This document shows, piece by piece, positions 15,801 through 27,718 of a stretch of DNA of 64,000 nt. The stretch covers positions 620,001 through 684,000 of the forward strand of contig JAKMXF010000088.1 of NCBI GenBank assembly GCA_024704765.1. Direction: 5' to 3'. A program made the translations under genes and the position numbers. The notes beneath the pieces are model-generated. The model worked only from the letters and a program-made list of their open reading frames with translations, had not been told where the DNA came from and searched no databases. This DNA comes from Oopsacas minuta (lineage: Eukaryota > Animalia > Porifera). The stretch's first letter is position 1. Each line of letters opens with the position of its first letter.

Positions 15801-18800
15801 GTGTAGTACATACCAATCATGGTAACTATGGAAACCGGTGTTGGCAAATATATTCATGGTATACAGTGAGCACCCGTTATATCGAAGCTCAAGTGACCGC
15901 GATAATTACTTCGATATAACGGGAGTTGAGTGTTTATCTGTAAGTATTACCTTCTCTATAATTATCCTGTAAGCCGTTAGCGAACAAAACTGAATTACTC
16001 CAATCACCCACTATAGCTTCTACAGGATCCACAGGTATAGATGCTAGTTGTAGATTAAGTAACATGCCAAGAAGACATCCACAAGCCCTGTGTGTATCTA
16101 CTAACCAACACCACTCGGTTGGAAACTCAGTCGAAAGTGGAAGTGGTGATACAAGCAATGGATGAGAAATTTCTAGAATACAAAAGAATAAATTTCCAAT
16201 AATGACATATTCATGCGGCAGGTAAACTTGATGAGGTTGTTATACCTCCAATACTCCATTGGGCCTCTTGAGATTCACAGAGCATGCATATATCAGGAAT
16301 AGTTTCAACAGTCCTAGATAACTGTAGACATAGTTTTGTAATGGGATCGATTAGGTAGCTTAACTGATGTAGTGGAAATAACAATAGTCCGTGTGTAACC
16401 AATGGGATTATAGCGTTTGGAAAGTTGAGATCTACAGGGCAAGGAAAGTATAAATAGGATTGTTACACATCAATCAGTTTTTGGGAATTTACCGTTTATT
16501 AAATGTAGCTTTTCAGGATTTGTTAATGCGAGGAATTTTATTTTTTCTAAACATTCCAAACATCCAGGAAGAATCGTTTCCAAATGTTCTCTCAGAAATA
16601 TTTGTTGATTGTTAGTCTAAAATGAGTAATAAACACGTTAATAAAAAGTAAACAAAATATTGAAATCTGTGTATATGAGTTTTTCATTATGTTTATTTCA
16701 GGATTGTCATTAACAAATCCCGAGATTTCACTTTGTTCCCCCTCTCCAACAGTCCCCAACCTGGGTCATGGACGACAGTAGGTGGTCCACAGAATTTATA
16801 TAGGAATCACGGGGGCGAAAAAGGTTGGGGGAACCGCACCCTATTCTATCCGAAAACATCCATAGAAATCCCGAAGAAAAATAAATATATTACAGTGGAA
16901 TATTCCTTGACTTACCAACTCAGTTTTGATTGCAAAATTCGCGAAAATATGTTTATACAAGAGAATTAGAAAATCTCTAAAAAGTGAGATAATTTCAGGA
17001 GACATCCATTGGTTAGAAAAAGTGCTGCTGCCACTTGTGCCACTTTCAATTGGCTGGTTCTTAGATTCATCTATTTTCTTATCCTAAAATAATAAAAAAA
17101 TAGCTACAGTTAATACAAATGTTGAAGGTGTTACAGTCTACCCCCGTTATACCCAAGCTCAAGGGACCGCGATAATTACTTAGATATGAGCGGGTATTTC
17201 TATATCTAACAAGAGTTAAATTTACATATAAACAAACCATAATACAATAACCAACACAAGAATATTATACACACAAATACAAACAAACAAACAAGCTATG
17301 AGTTCGACAATATTTCAAATTTGCATTGCTGGAATAAAACGCACAACAAGCAATCAAGAATTCTCACCAAAAGACTATGAAATATGTATAACACGTGAGT
17401 CACAAATTGGTACATGGTCTCTGCCACTTTTCACACTTACAGCCAATTATGATCCCAGTGAAATGGCGCGTAATTATCTGTCACAAATAGCTGGTATTGA
17501 TTGTGGACAAATATTCTCTATAGATGTAAATAGCGAAGTGAAAGATCCGACGCATTACGTCACATTATGCTATGTGGCCACTGTGCCACATGAATCAGAA
17601 CCACAGACCAGACCATCAATTGAAGTGAAATTTGAAACACTTTCAAACACAATAGATATGTGCAATGACGCGTCCATTTTCAACCAATCACATACACAGA
17701 TTTTACGCGCCATAATTTCCTGGCTTAACGACCAACATTCCGACAAATTTATCCGAATCGATAAATTATTCAAAGGAGGAAGTGAAGCTTTTTCAATGCC
17801 AATTTCAATAAAAGCTCTCCTTGACAACCCTTTGAGCCAAAGGAATTTGGCACCAGAAGAGGATAAACTATTGGTTGCACTTGATAATCCAATATTCCAA
17901 TTTCTAATAGGAGAACAACTAACCACTTAACACCTATGAATCAATACAATCTTACCATATATGCTAATATATATTTCATCATTACATCTATTAGTTGAAT
18001 TAAAGTTGAGTTCTTTTGCTCGACATTTTGAATTGGGTTGCTTGGTGACATTGTGTCGGGGATTAGTGGGATTAGTAAACCAATTACTGTCTGTTCGTTG
18101 CCTAAACTGTCGAGCATGACTTGAAGTTGAATTAACTAGGAAATACAAACACGAATTACAGTTGTACCAACAAAATTACACTAAACGCTACCAAAGCAAT
18201 GTCCAACGTTTCTCCGTTTCAGATAGGCAAATTCAAAATGCAAATAAATAATTGAGTTAGACAGTTGAAAGTGTTAAAATCGAATTCTACGTCCCTGATT
18301 ACACCTAATTAGCAGGTGGAAACTAATCTCTAGGATATTTTTGAAATATTCAACTAAATGTGTGAAATATGATTAATCATATGATAAATAAGTTTGATAA
18401 TAATTAATATAGAATTGACCTCTTTAATTAGATTATGGATAGATAAACAATAATAATTAATAGAATATTTGTAGACCGTAGTTCCTATTCTCTGACACAC
18501 TAACTAATCTCCCGTTTGGAGTTATAGCTATTCCTTTGGGGTAACATAACATTCCTTGTTGGTGTCCCTCTGTTCCTATCTTGTGTAGGAGATTGCCTTC
18601 TGGAGAGAATACCCGAATTGTGTGAGAGTCCTCATCGCTAATACCAAAGTTATTAAGTGAATCTAGACAGAAGAAAAGAGGGCATAACACATCCATTCCT
18701 AGTCCACTGGTAATAAGGGAGTGTAGCTTGTGTCCTTCTAGGGTTAGCACGTGCATACAGGGGTTGTTATATGGGCACAGTATGTACACGTGGTCACGTG

Positions 18801-21800
18801 ACACTTTAACATCAAATGGTTTTGTCATAGACTGATGAGTAATGTTACGGAGATGGTTCAAGTCTGTGTCGTGTACGCTGATTCTGTCGTTATCCCTATC
18901 TGCTATAAACACGTGACCGATGGGATCTGTTGTTAGTTGACGAGGGAAATTGAATTGTCCGTTGTTTGATCCCACACTTCCTATCTTCCTAACAAGACTC
19001 ATATCAGTTAGTGTGAATTGGTTAATAGTGTGATCTACACAGCAGCTGACATACACATTCTCTCCATGTATAGCTATACCGTATGGCATATCCAGCTGTT
19101 CTTCACCCAGCTGATTGAGGTACTCTCCTGTATCAGAGAATATCTCTACTCTGTGATTGGAAGTATTAGCTACGAATATTTGGTTAGTAGCTTCATGTAT
19201 AGCTACACCTCGTGGATCATTCAACTGGCCAGGACCTGAACCTTTCTTCCCAGTAGCGATAGTAGACGTCTGGAATGTGGAATACTTTGGTACACTCACT
19301 AGTTCTTGCACAATATCTCCGAGGTGGGAAATACAAGTTTCTAATTCACATGTGTCACACTGCCACTTTAATACGCTCTCAATAGGATTGTTGATCCGCA
19401 GTTCTCGTAATTTGTCCTCCATCTCTTTGGTAATTCTCTCCTGCATGAACTGGAGGGGATTTTCCTTCAAATGTCCCTGTAGGTATGCTTGAGCCTCTGT
19501 CAGTTGTGTAGTCATTTCTTGTCGAGCGATCTCTGCGACTTTTTTCATCTTCTCGCATGTTGTGGACTTGTCTTAGTAGCTGAGCTCTACGGACGTTCAG
19601 TAGCCCTATGAGACCATCTATTGTGTAGTTAATGTGTGTCTCTATGGGGTCTACGACTTGAGGGGCAATAGCGAAGCGTTCTGCCATTTGATTTGTATAG
19701 AAGAAAAATTGAATTGTTGATATAGGAATTGGTTGCTAGGGAAATCTTAGTTATTTATAGCTGTTTATAATTTGCAGACAAACAAACAACTATTGTAGAT
19801 TATGTGAGTATATTTTTAGCAAAACAAACACGAGGTTATGCAAGTGTATGTCGTTGTGTCTCGTTGCTAGGAAACTGTAAGGAATGTGATAGAAAGTTCA
19901 TTCTTAGTTATTTTGTATAATGGCAACTTTACAGTTTTGAAAAACAGAATATCCAATTTCCTAAAATAATGAGATATGAAATGCTGCCTACCCGCTTGGC
20001 TAGATGCACATGATGCGATGCTGAAACAAGTACATCATTATCATTAACAGGGCCTTTCTATTTTTAATTGAGATAATATAGAGAGAGAGAGAGAGCACAG
20101 ATTTTGCCCATTTTAGTGTTACCTTCATTGAAATCACGGAAAATGTGAGCTCTGTATATATTATTCCTTTGTAAATATAGTTATACACGAACTTACTTGT
20201 CCTTTTGTTAGCTGAGTCCACTGTGAATTGTCTTTGGGAATCAGAGACCACAAGAAATGAAGTCTCTCATTTAGCGGGGGAATCAAGAGAGTAGCGCCTA
20301 GTTCTAACGTCTCGTTAACAGCCTAGAAATAGTCAATACTCTAGTCGGATGGGACATACGGTATAACGAGTTTCATTTTATTGAATAATTACTAAGAATT
20401 AACTAAAGTGGAGAATTGAATTTTACCAGCTTGAATTTGGTAATGTTGCAAACAGTAGACTCTAAATATGCGTAATTCAGGGTAAGCCCATTTTGATACA
20501 ATTAACCAATGAGTCACGGTATCGCTCGATTAACTGGAGCTATTTAATACAATCAACTCCCATTATATCAAAGCTCAAGGGACCGTGATAATTACTTCGA
20601 TGTAACCGGAGTTGACTGTACTAGTAGCATACTTGCCAACCTGAGTGAAGGAAAACGCGAGAAGTACATATTTGTATTAGGCTGAACTAGGATAAAGGGG
20701 GATATTAAAGGTTTTTGACAAGTTTTGGCGGGACAATACCCTCAACGTACGTCAGAAAATGCGAGACAGTTGGCAAGTATGTACACATGTGTCAGTTTCT
20801 GCCGAAGTGTCCCATATAACCGGTGAGCCTATTAATGGGAGCTATTAGGCTTATAAACCCACGTTTTGGATTGGCTGAGGAGTAGAAGAGTCCATCAATT
20901 TGAATAACAGCTGTCCTAGAGGTATGATCTCTTGACCAATAGAATCCTGGGAATTTGATAGGAATACTGAGCACTTTAGATGCAGTTTGAGTAGGTTTAG
21001 ACAGTCAACAACAAATTCAATGTTATCCCTAAACAACAAGTAAACAACAACAAAATATTATCGCTAAATACAATGATAAATAACTTACTCCAAAGAGTCA
21101 AAAGGTAGGTACGAGTCTGCATCAAAATTAGTGCAATATTTCTCTAAGAACTCTCTTAACATCTTGAAAGTGTTTTCATTCATGTCTAGGCAGAATGGCC
21201 AATTCATCTGAGAGTTATTCCTGTGAAAAATTAATATCTTTTGAAAAGTAAATATTCAAATACAGTGGAACCCCGGAAATATGATCACCCACGGGACCGA
21301 GAAAAATGGCCGTAATTTCGGGGTGGCCGTAATTGTGAAACTTGTTAATGTCTCTAGTATATTAAACGGGACTTTAAACAGTGCCCGGTATATCGAGGTG
21401 GCCGCTATTCTGGGGTGGTCGTTAAGCGGGGTTCCACTGTATATGGCAAGTTTTGGTGTGGTTTAAGTCTAGGGGTGTTAATCATTTTCACGTGATTACA
21501 ATTACAAGCAATAATATCAAACAATTACAAATATCATATTCACTCCCATCCCTAGACTTAACACCCCAAAACACAGTTATATTTCCAAACTAACAAATCT
21601 GTTGGCAAGGCTGTCCAGATAATGCTATGAGAAGTGCCAGCAGAAATTTGATTTATATTCCCTGATTCAGGTGTTATAATCTTAGTAGGTGAATATACTG
21701 GAGTGTTAGCGTGTCCAAGACCGCATTGACCGATGTTGTTACTACCCCACGCGTACACTGTGTGTTCTAGTAAATAAACAAATAAACAAACATTAATCAT

Positions 21801-22971
21801 ATTTATTCAAACAATCCAACTAATAAACAAACAAACAAACAAACTTTACCTTTAGTAAGAGCTAGACAATGACCATCTCCAACAGATATATCCACAATAA
21901 ACTCAAATGATAAAGTATTCATCTCCCAAGGTTCTAGACACGGACCCTCTGGCTCAGTACCTCTCCCTAGCGCGGAGCCTGACCCCCAGGAGTAGACCTA
22001 TAACATATGTAGCTGTCGTGTTAACATGTAAATTTAATTATTGTATAGAATATATTCGCACCTTTCCAGTAGTTGAAAGAGCGATTGAAACATGGTTACC
22101 AGATTGTATCTTAGATATGTGTAATCGAAGTGATGGAATTTCCTAAAATAGAATTATTAAAAGGTGTGAAATAAGTCAATATATAACTTACTCTAGGTAT
22201 CAATTGTCTGTTTGTGTTCCCATGACCAAGTTTACCTCCTTCTCCATTCCCCCAAGACCATACAGTTTTATCCTGACACAATGCCAACGTGTGTGTGTTG
22301 CCACATGACACCTGAGCCACGCCACTTAAAGTGGACACTAGTTTTGGTCTTGTGTAGGATAGCGTATCATTGTGGCCTATAAGGAAAGAAAGAATAACAT
22401 TGATAGTTTCAGTTTGTTTGTATATTTATAGTTCCATATACACCCAAATATTGGAATTATGTGTGAAAGTGTTTGTTTAATGGGATCACATAGGGACCAG
22501 GTCAGGTGTTGTTCCGATTAAGCAGTGGCTATATTAAGTGGAGTCTATTGTATGATATAAACACATAAACAAGTAAACAGACCCAGTTTTCCACTATCAC
22601 CATCTCCCCATGTGTATAGTTCTCCTTTAATAGTTATAGCTGCACTATGCTTCCAACCAACCGACACTGTCTTGATTATCTATATGAGTATAGTGTTAAT
22701 TGTTCGTGTGTTTGTTTGTTTGTTTGCTTGTTAGTTAGTTAGTTAGTTAGTTTGTTTGTTTGTTTGTTTGTTTGTTTGTTTGTTTGTCTGTTAATCTGTT
22801 CGTGTGTTAGTTTGATTGTTTACATATTTGTGTATTTGTTTGTTTGTTATTTACAGTTGATAACTTACCTTTCCAATAAAAGGCCCTTCTATTAATTTTG
22901 GAGATTTTTGTGTTGTAGAATAACCATGTCCCAATCTACCACTATCTCCTAAACACAATAATAATAATATC

Positions 22972-23009
<38 letters not shown>

Positions 23010-25576
23010 AAACAATCACCTTACCTTCACCCCAGCTATAAACTTGTCCTTCAGTAGTAAGAGCTAAGCTATGTCCATCTGATCCTCTTGAAGATGATAT
23101 ACAAGTAAACTTAACACCTTTCACTTCTACTCTAACCATATTAGGACTGTTATGAGAATTCCCTGTTCCTAACCTTCCATATAATCCCTACAGATATGTA
23201 TATATACAGGAAAAGTATTGAAACACCCTGCCACAATTGACAAGTGGCACAAATGGGCATGCCACTTTAGTTGCGAAGACTAAAGATGATTTCAAATATT
23301 CTTTAACATTAGATATCACAATACTATATCCATAGGGATCTATCAACATATTCATGCAATGTGCCATTCGTGCCACAAGTGGTACAGTACTGGATTAGCG
23401 AGGGTACTGAGGCCACTGTCTTGGTTCCTACCTTTCCACAAGCTTCATAATAACCATCTGAATAAACAACAAGCGTGCAGTATTGTCCAGCACAGACCTA
23501 TAAGGAAGATTACATAATGTTTGTTTGTTTGTTTGTTTGATTACTTACAAATAAACAATCAGACATCTTTGGCAGCTTAATAGCAGTAGGAGACTTATCA
23601 ATCACTCCCTCTCCTAATCCGAACTGACCACTACTATTAGATCCAAAAGCAAACACCTCACAAGAACCAGTGACGTCACCACTACTCGGTCTCGTTGTTA
23701 AAGCGTTACATCGTGAATTAGCCAACAAGAGGAGCTATCAAGAAAAGGTGTTAATACTTATAGGAACACCAGGGGAACAGTGAACCCCTGATTTATATTG
23801 ACACATTTGTAGACAGTTTTACAACACAAAACTCGTTAGTACCTGTCTGAACAGAAGGAATATAGCTCTATATAAAGTGATTTTTTCCTCTTCAACTATA
23901 ACTGGTCCCACTATTGATGAGTCGACAGTATTTACCTAAAGATTTATATACATATCAAATGGACACATTTAACACCTTTTAAGCCACTTTAAAATGTGTC
24001 CTTTTGGGCGACACAATCTCTAAAAGGTGTGAAAATATGAACTATACCTTAGATTCATACATCTCATTAATAAGATGTTGTAGATGCTCTCTGGATACAT
24101 ACGGTGTTGTCTCTGCCACTAAATCGACACATTTCATATCCAAAACGTGTGAAAAGTATTCCAATAATTGTGGCAGACTTGATTTCTCAATTGTAAGTGT
24201 CAAATGTGTCTCAGCAGCCAATGCACGGCTATAACTGTCAATTGCAGAAGAATGGAAGACAATTTGTCTCAGAAATGTCTCCAAGTCGTTGAGACACTTT
24301 TGGCCGAGAGGTGGCAACCGATGGTGTGGCGCCAAGAAGCTGGAAGGGAACTGTCTCAGTGTGTCTCGGAGGCAAGTCAACACCTAAATTTAGCCCTCTA
24401 TTAATGAGAAACTCGTTTCATTTCCACACAGGCAGACGGCCAATTCATGGAAAATTCCAATGACTCTACTTCTAATTATGTTAATTAAGAGTGTTAAAGG
24501 TGTGAAGATCAAATCACTACAATTCACTCGTTTTTAGTAAATATATTGTGTAGTTATTTATGTGATAGGCAAAGTTTATGGAGCTGAAACAAGTTATTAA
24601 TAAACAGAAGCTATATATGAAGTTACCTCAGCACATAACGATGTATCAGATTGTGGAAGTTGTTGTTGTTGATTTAATTGTTGTCTTAAGAGAGAGAAAA
24701 ACAGCTGTAAGCCTGTTCTAACACCTGTTTCTATGAGCATATCTGTTGTGGAGTGAGAGTGCTTGTCAATATCTGTGAACAATAATGTAAACATTCAACT
24801 CCTGTTACATTGAAGCTCAAGGAACCGAGATAATTACTTCGAACTGATGGAACATATGTTACTATAACTGTTTGGGATCATATTTGTACAAGTTCACACT
24901 TTGATATAAGCGGGTATTTTCATGTTAGGTATAACGGGAGTTGACCGAATACTTCACCGGTTACATCGAAGAAATTATCGCGGCCCCTTGAGCTAAGATA
25001 TACCGAGAATTGACTGTTGTTATTTACCTATTTGATGTGCCATATCGACACAAGTGCTACTCTGTCTAACACCTTTATGTTGCTGCTCTCTCAACACATA
25101 CATATTTTGTGAATGAACTATAGCCCCGTGTAGTCTAGCTATGACTATTAATCTCTGATGTAGAGCTATAACTGCTGGAGAATCGGAGAAGAGTCTTAAA
25201 GATTGCGTTTCTATGTTGTCCTGAAAGAATTTAAGGAATGTTGATAGTTCTTGTTCCTGTATGTACTTTGTTTCAAAGTCTGGGAGGTGTTTGAACAAAT
25301 TCCTAAAGGGGAGAGGGGAGGAGATAGGCGATGGGTCTTTCATTTTACTCTCTACCTCCTCTGTTTCAATAAGTTGATGGAATGCCTAAAATCGTAAAAT
25401 ACGTGTAAATACAGTGCAGGGATGTATTCATTATATTTTGTATATTTGTAAATATTAACAATAAACAAACAATTGTTTACTTGATTAAGTCCTTCTCTTG
25501 AGAAAATGTCCAAATAAGGAAAGTGAAGCCATTTTGAATGGAAACACTCTTTTTCTTGGTAACGGATTCCTGACAT
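899..25576 (-). CDS. HERC1: HERC1-like giant E3 ubiquitin ligase, multi-exon; N-terminal portion only, continues beyond the left edge
   Basis: Spliced exons match HERC1 in order. 25576 start MSGIRYQEK; 25020-25343 LPDFETKY...[18 protein letters not shown]; about 24600-24770 [24 protein letters not shown] (HERC1 SSTDALIEMGVRTGLSLLFALLRQ); RCC1 repeats 21600-23730 ([64 protein letters not shown]); about 20200-20310 [21 protein letters not shown]; about 17955-18135 [10 protein letters not shown]; 15063-15260 [23 protein letters not shown]; 9442-9560; about 1220-1475 [25 protein letters not shown]; 899-1002 [22 protein letters not shown] boundaries were seen where checked. Not all exons are resolved. 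Confidence 0.9.
1891..2055 (+). mobile_element. Tc1/mariner-type MITE family A (TIR CAGTCAACTCC[C/T]GTTATATC)
   Basis: Terminal inverted repeats preceded by TA, with the shared core GAAGCTCAAGGGACCGCGATAATTACT. Other full or partial copies lie near 4260, 6039, 14430, 15870, 17140, 20550, 24792, 24950, 26045, 29401, 34876 and 35805. Confidence 0.85.
3170..3303 (+). mobile_element. Possible non-autonomous Helitron/Helentron-type 3' end
   Basis: Ends with a short (AAAC) tract and TTTTATTAATATAGAT. A similar ending lies near 5520-5577. Resemblance only. Confidence 0.3.
6039..6203 (-). mobile_element. MITE family A copy
   Basis: Reverse-oriented copy with both TIRs recognisable. Confidence 0.75.
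12096..13193 (+). CDS. FRS2/DOK-like PTB-domain docking protein, single coding exon, nested antisense in a HERC1 intron
   Basis: 365-aa ORF. The N-terminal [12 protein letters not shown]...RWRLNTI...SLSFET resembles the IRS-type PTB fold. The tail has YxN motifs (YDNL, YANG) and C-terminal HYAELEI and [10 protein letters not shown], resembling the FRS2 SHP2 sites. The frame is open back to a ttccatatAG acceptor at 12020, so the 5' end is uncertain. Confidence 0.65.
   Translation: MEESNGTKCQGLMTVTNKHLVYASLQESAFTPNKRWRLNTIHKIHVSDKNSLSFETEDENISFEMEKPNKVLKLVKKQKKKILEKEKKRAPKFNKESRRASLETILGTVVTQGNAPNKMMRRNTSIERVEKHSFDSNHSPIVSTPSRRNMALPPEPIDNPYFNMRGRNMGRSNTDLEPLHETTQRDSFMRYRSLPPVENKPNKSCDAIQTLPIEENYVYSSGMSSSEDDFTDMKSMEDLINERKYKLEKLKRIPTNRPYRTKSVCDLLNGDYVDLTFEKENRKSLNFEQCIYDNLPNSGLYANGSCPFERIPNLQDDDCHYAELEIKSNESGEIHRNEEYSTYSRIDFIATHALEMAKESLRSVC
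13561..13808. mobile_element. MITE with an internal ~30-bp tandem repeat
   Basis: TATCACTTATCAGAACACC...GGTGTTCTTATAAGTGATA inverted ends. GTATACAGGGGAACATGTTCTTATAAC is repeated about 2.5 times. Relatives lie near 34690-34760 and 53810-53895. Confidence 0.65.
16748..16838. mobile_element. hAT-like MITE remnant
   Basis: CAGTCCCCAACCT...AAAAGGTTGGGGGAAC ends. Similar fragments lie near 30-120, 55645-55675 and 58853-58915. Confidence 0.45.
17298..17930 (+). CDS. Degenerate Nudix-fold protein (NrtR-like N-terminal domain), intronless, nested antisense in a HERC1 intron
   Basis: 210-aa [32 protein letters not shown] and [17 protein letters not shown] align by eye with the NrtR/Nudix motifs (VLLIKR..KGQWALP, DPRGRVISVAYFALV, LAFDHAEII). 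The Nudix box GX5EX7REUXEEXGU is not intact. Confidence 0.55.
   Translation: MSSTIFQICIAGIKRTTSNQEFSPKDYEICITRESQIGTWSLPLFTLTANYDPSEMARNYLSQIAGIDCGQIFSIDVNSEVKDPTHYVTLCYVATVPHESEPQTRPSIEVKFETLSNTIDMCNDASIFNQSHTQILRAIISWLNDQHSDKFIRIDKLFKGGSEAFSMPISIKALLDNPLSQRNLAPEEDKLLVALDNPIFQFLIGEQLTT
18457..19687 (-). pseudogene. Coiled-coil + NHL-repeat gene, copy A, nested in a HERC1 intron; +1 frameshift near codon 48, downstream 363 codons open
   Basis: Inverted near-copy of 41591-42820. It has six A's (GATGAAAAAAGTC, 19537-19549) where copy B has five. ORF 18457-19548 is intact from an ATG brought into frame by the extra base. Confidence 0.75.
19863..19875 (-). promoter_or_regulatory. RFX X-box-like site in the duplicated promoter of NHL copy A
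   Basis: GTTTCCTAGCAAC on the minus strand, identical to 41403-41415. Confidence 0.5.
21263..21439. mobile_element. Tc1/mariner-type MITE family B
   Basis: TA-CAGTGGAACCCCG...GCGGGGTTCCACTG-TA: near-perfect TIRs with a TA target duplication. Confidence 0.85.
24792..25016. mobile_element. MITE family A: full copy plus an adjacent inverted half copy
   Basis: CATTCAACTCCTGTTAC...TATAACGGGAGTTGACCG (24792-24947), then a reverse fragment ending GAATTGACTG at 25016. Confidence 0.75.
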
Positions 25577-25766
25577 AGGAATGTCAGATCAAACTAATAC
25601 AATAATATATATACAGAGAAATAAATTCGATGTTTTGAGTGTGAAAATATCCAAAATTCTTTGAGAGCAAAATATAAATCATAACGTCAACAACAACAAC
25701 AAATAAACAAATAAATGAGCAAATTGATACATGAATACCATATGATAAATATGATTAATCAAGGTG

Positions 25767-27407
25767 TTACTTAATCGGATTAGAAATTATCTCAGTATAG
25801 ACTCCATCGTCATGATCAGTGAAATGAACTTGTTTATGCTGTTTCTTCTCTTTATCAGCTGTGTACTCGATAAGGTTCATAAATGCTACCTATATGATAT
25901 ATGACACTTAATTAACCATATTTTCACACCTTTTGGTGAATATTCATAATTGTCTTATAGATTAGCTTTCACCTGCTAATTAGGGGTAAACAGGGACATA
26001 GAATTTGATTTTGACACTTTCAAAATACAAATATGGCCCCCCCCCCAACAGTCAAAGTAACACATATCCCATCGGTAATATCGAGGTAATTATCAGGGTG
26101 CATTCAGCTTCGATATAACAGGAGTTGACTGTAGTTCTAATTCATTCGAGAATATACCGGAAATACAGACACCTATAGTTTCAGTTACTAATTGTCCAGC
26201 TTAAAGAGCCTTCATGTGACCAATTATCTCACCTTAAGAGGGTCTCCACATGACCAGAGGAACAGGAGAGACACCAGAGATATGATCTCAGTTTTATTAC
26301 TACTGACCATTAAGTAATCATACTCATTGGGTACATGAATTATGAAGAAGTTATCGTGTAACAAACTGGAACTAATTTTAGATATGTCGTAGAATGGAAT
26401 TTGACGTTTGCATTCAAAGGTTTTTGGTTCTAAATTGCAGAGTCCGTGTTCTGTTATCACCAATGTTCTCTAAGTAAACAAATAAACAAATAAATAAACA
26501 AACACATAAGGGAACAAAAGTCAATGAATAAGTCAACAACAACAAACAAGTAAGTAAACAAATAAGTAATTATTAACAAGAGTATAAACAAGCATCAACA
26601 AACAAACAAACAAACAAACAAACCTCCTGTGCTTTTCCCTTTCTATTAACCTTAATAATCTTATCGGAATAATATACCAAATTACATCCTAGCTTCCTCA
26701 TAACACCTGGCATATTTGATATACCGACACTATCCTTAATCAGACCCTTAGTGACACTAGATTGTCTCCTTTTCTTTCTACGCATAAATGGCTTGTCTGT
26801 TGCTCCACACATGGCTGAAGTGGTTGAGTGGATTTCTGAGAAAAAGTGTCGACCTGATTCTGTGTCAATCGTAGAAGTTACAGTTCGTTTCTCTATTGCA
26901 TGCTGGATCCAAGATCGGGGTTGGAAGAAACAGAACTGGCGATCCTATAAGTATATTCATAGCATCACACCTCTGTAAGATGAATATTGTGTAGAGTAAT
27001 TCCATGTAATTGTTTGTTTGTTTGTTTATTCGTCAGTTTATTTGTATACTTGTTCGTAAACTTGTATAACTGTTTGTTTATTGGTTTGTTTACTTGTATA
27101 TCTGTTTGTTATTTGTTTGTTTCCCTGTTTATTAACTTACAGCTACAATATTAAACAGTGTATGTGTAGGAGACACAGGGTCCATTATTTGACCTAATAT
27201 CAGCTCCCCTGTACCTGGAGTATTCAAATTACTTCCTAAAGCAGTTGGTCTCATTTTTGGTACAATACTTGGGGAACTGTTATCTATTGATTTGATTACA
27301 AGAGGCCCCATCACCTCTTCGTCTGAGGCAGAATCGGAATCCTGGTCGACAGGCGGAGGGAATACTCCCCCTACAGAGTTCTTAGGGGTCAAGTCACTCT
27401 CTGCCAT
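25767..27407 (-). CDS. Stand-alone myosin tail homology-1 (TH1) domain protein, 4 coding exons
   Basis: Exons 27141-27407, 26625-26944, 26233-26469 and 25767-25889, all phase 0 with GT-AG boundaries. RRKKRRQSS...YYSDKIIKVNRKGKAQERTLVITE...KRQIPFYDISKISSSLLHDNFFIIHVPNEYDYLMVSSNKTEII matches the myosin-I TH1 pattern. No motor or IQ exons were found. Confidence 0.7.
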
Positions 27408-27718
27408 CAATTGGAACTATAACTGGAACTAATTAAATATCATTTAACAACATATAACACATAGGAGTTGGAAACCACTACACTAATGGTTTAATGCCTC
27501 TTATATGCCATAATTCTCTATTCCAAACCGTAGCCAGGAAACACTCAAAACTATGTGGCATGGAATGTGTCCCCAAGCCCAAAAGTAGCACAATTACGAC
27601 ACAGAGTATTTACGAATGATAACTAGTCATATAAATATCATTGATATAACTAAAAATATGAATTCTAAAATATTACAGTTTCATGCATTGAGGTGTCATA
27701 AAAGTGACGCGTGCCACT

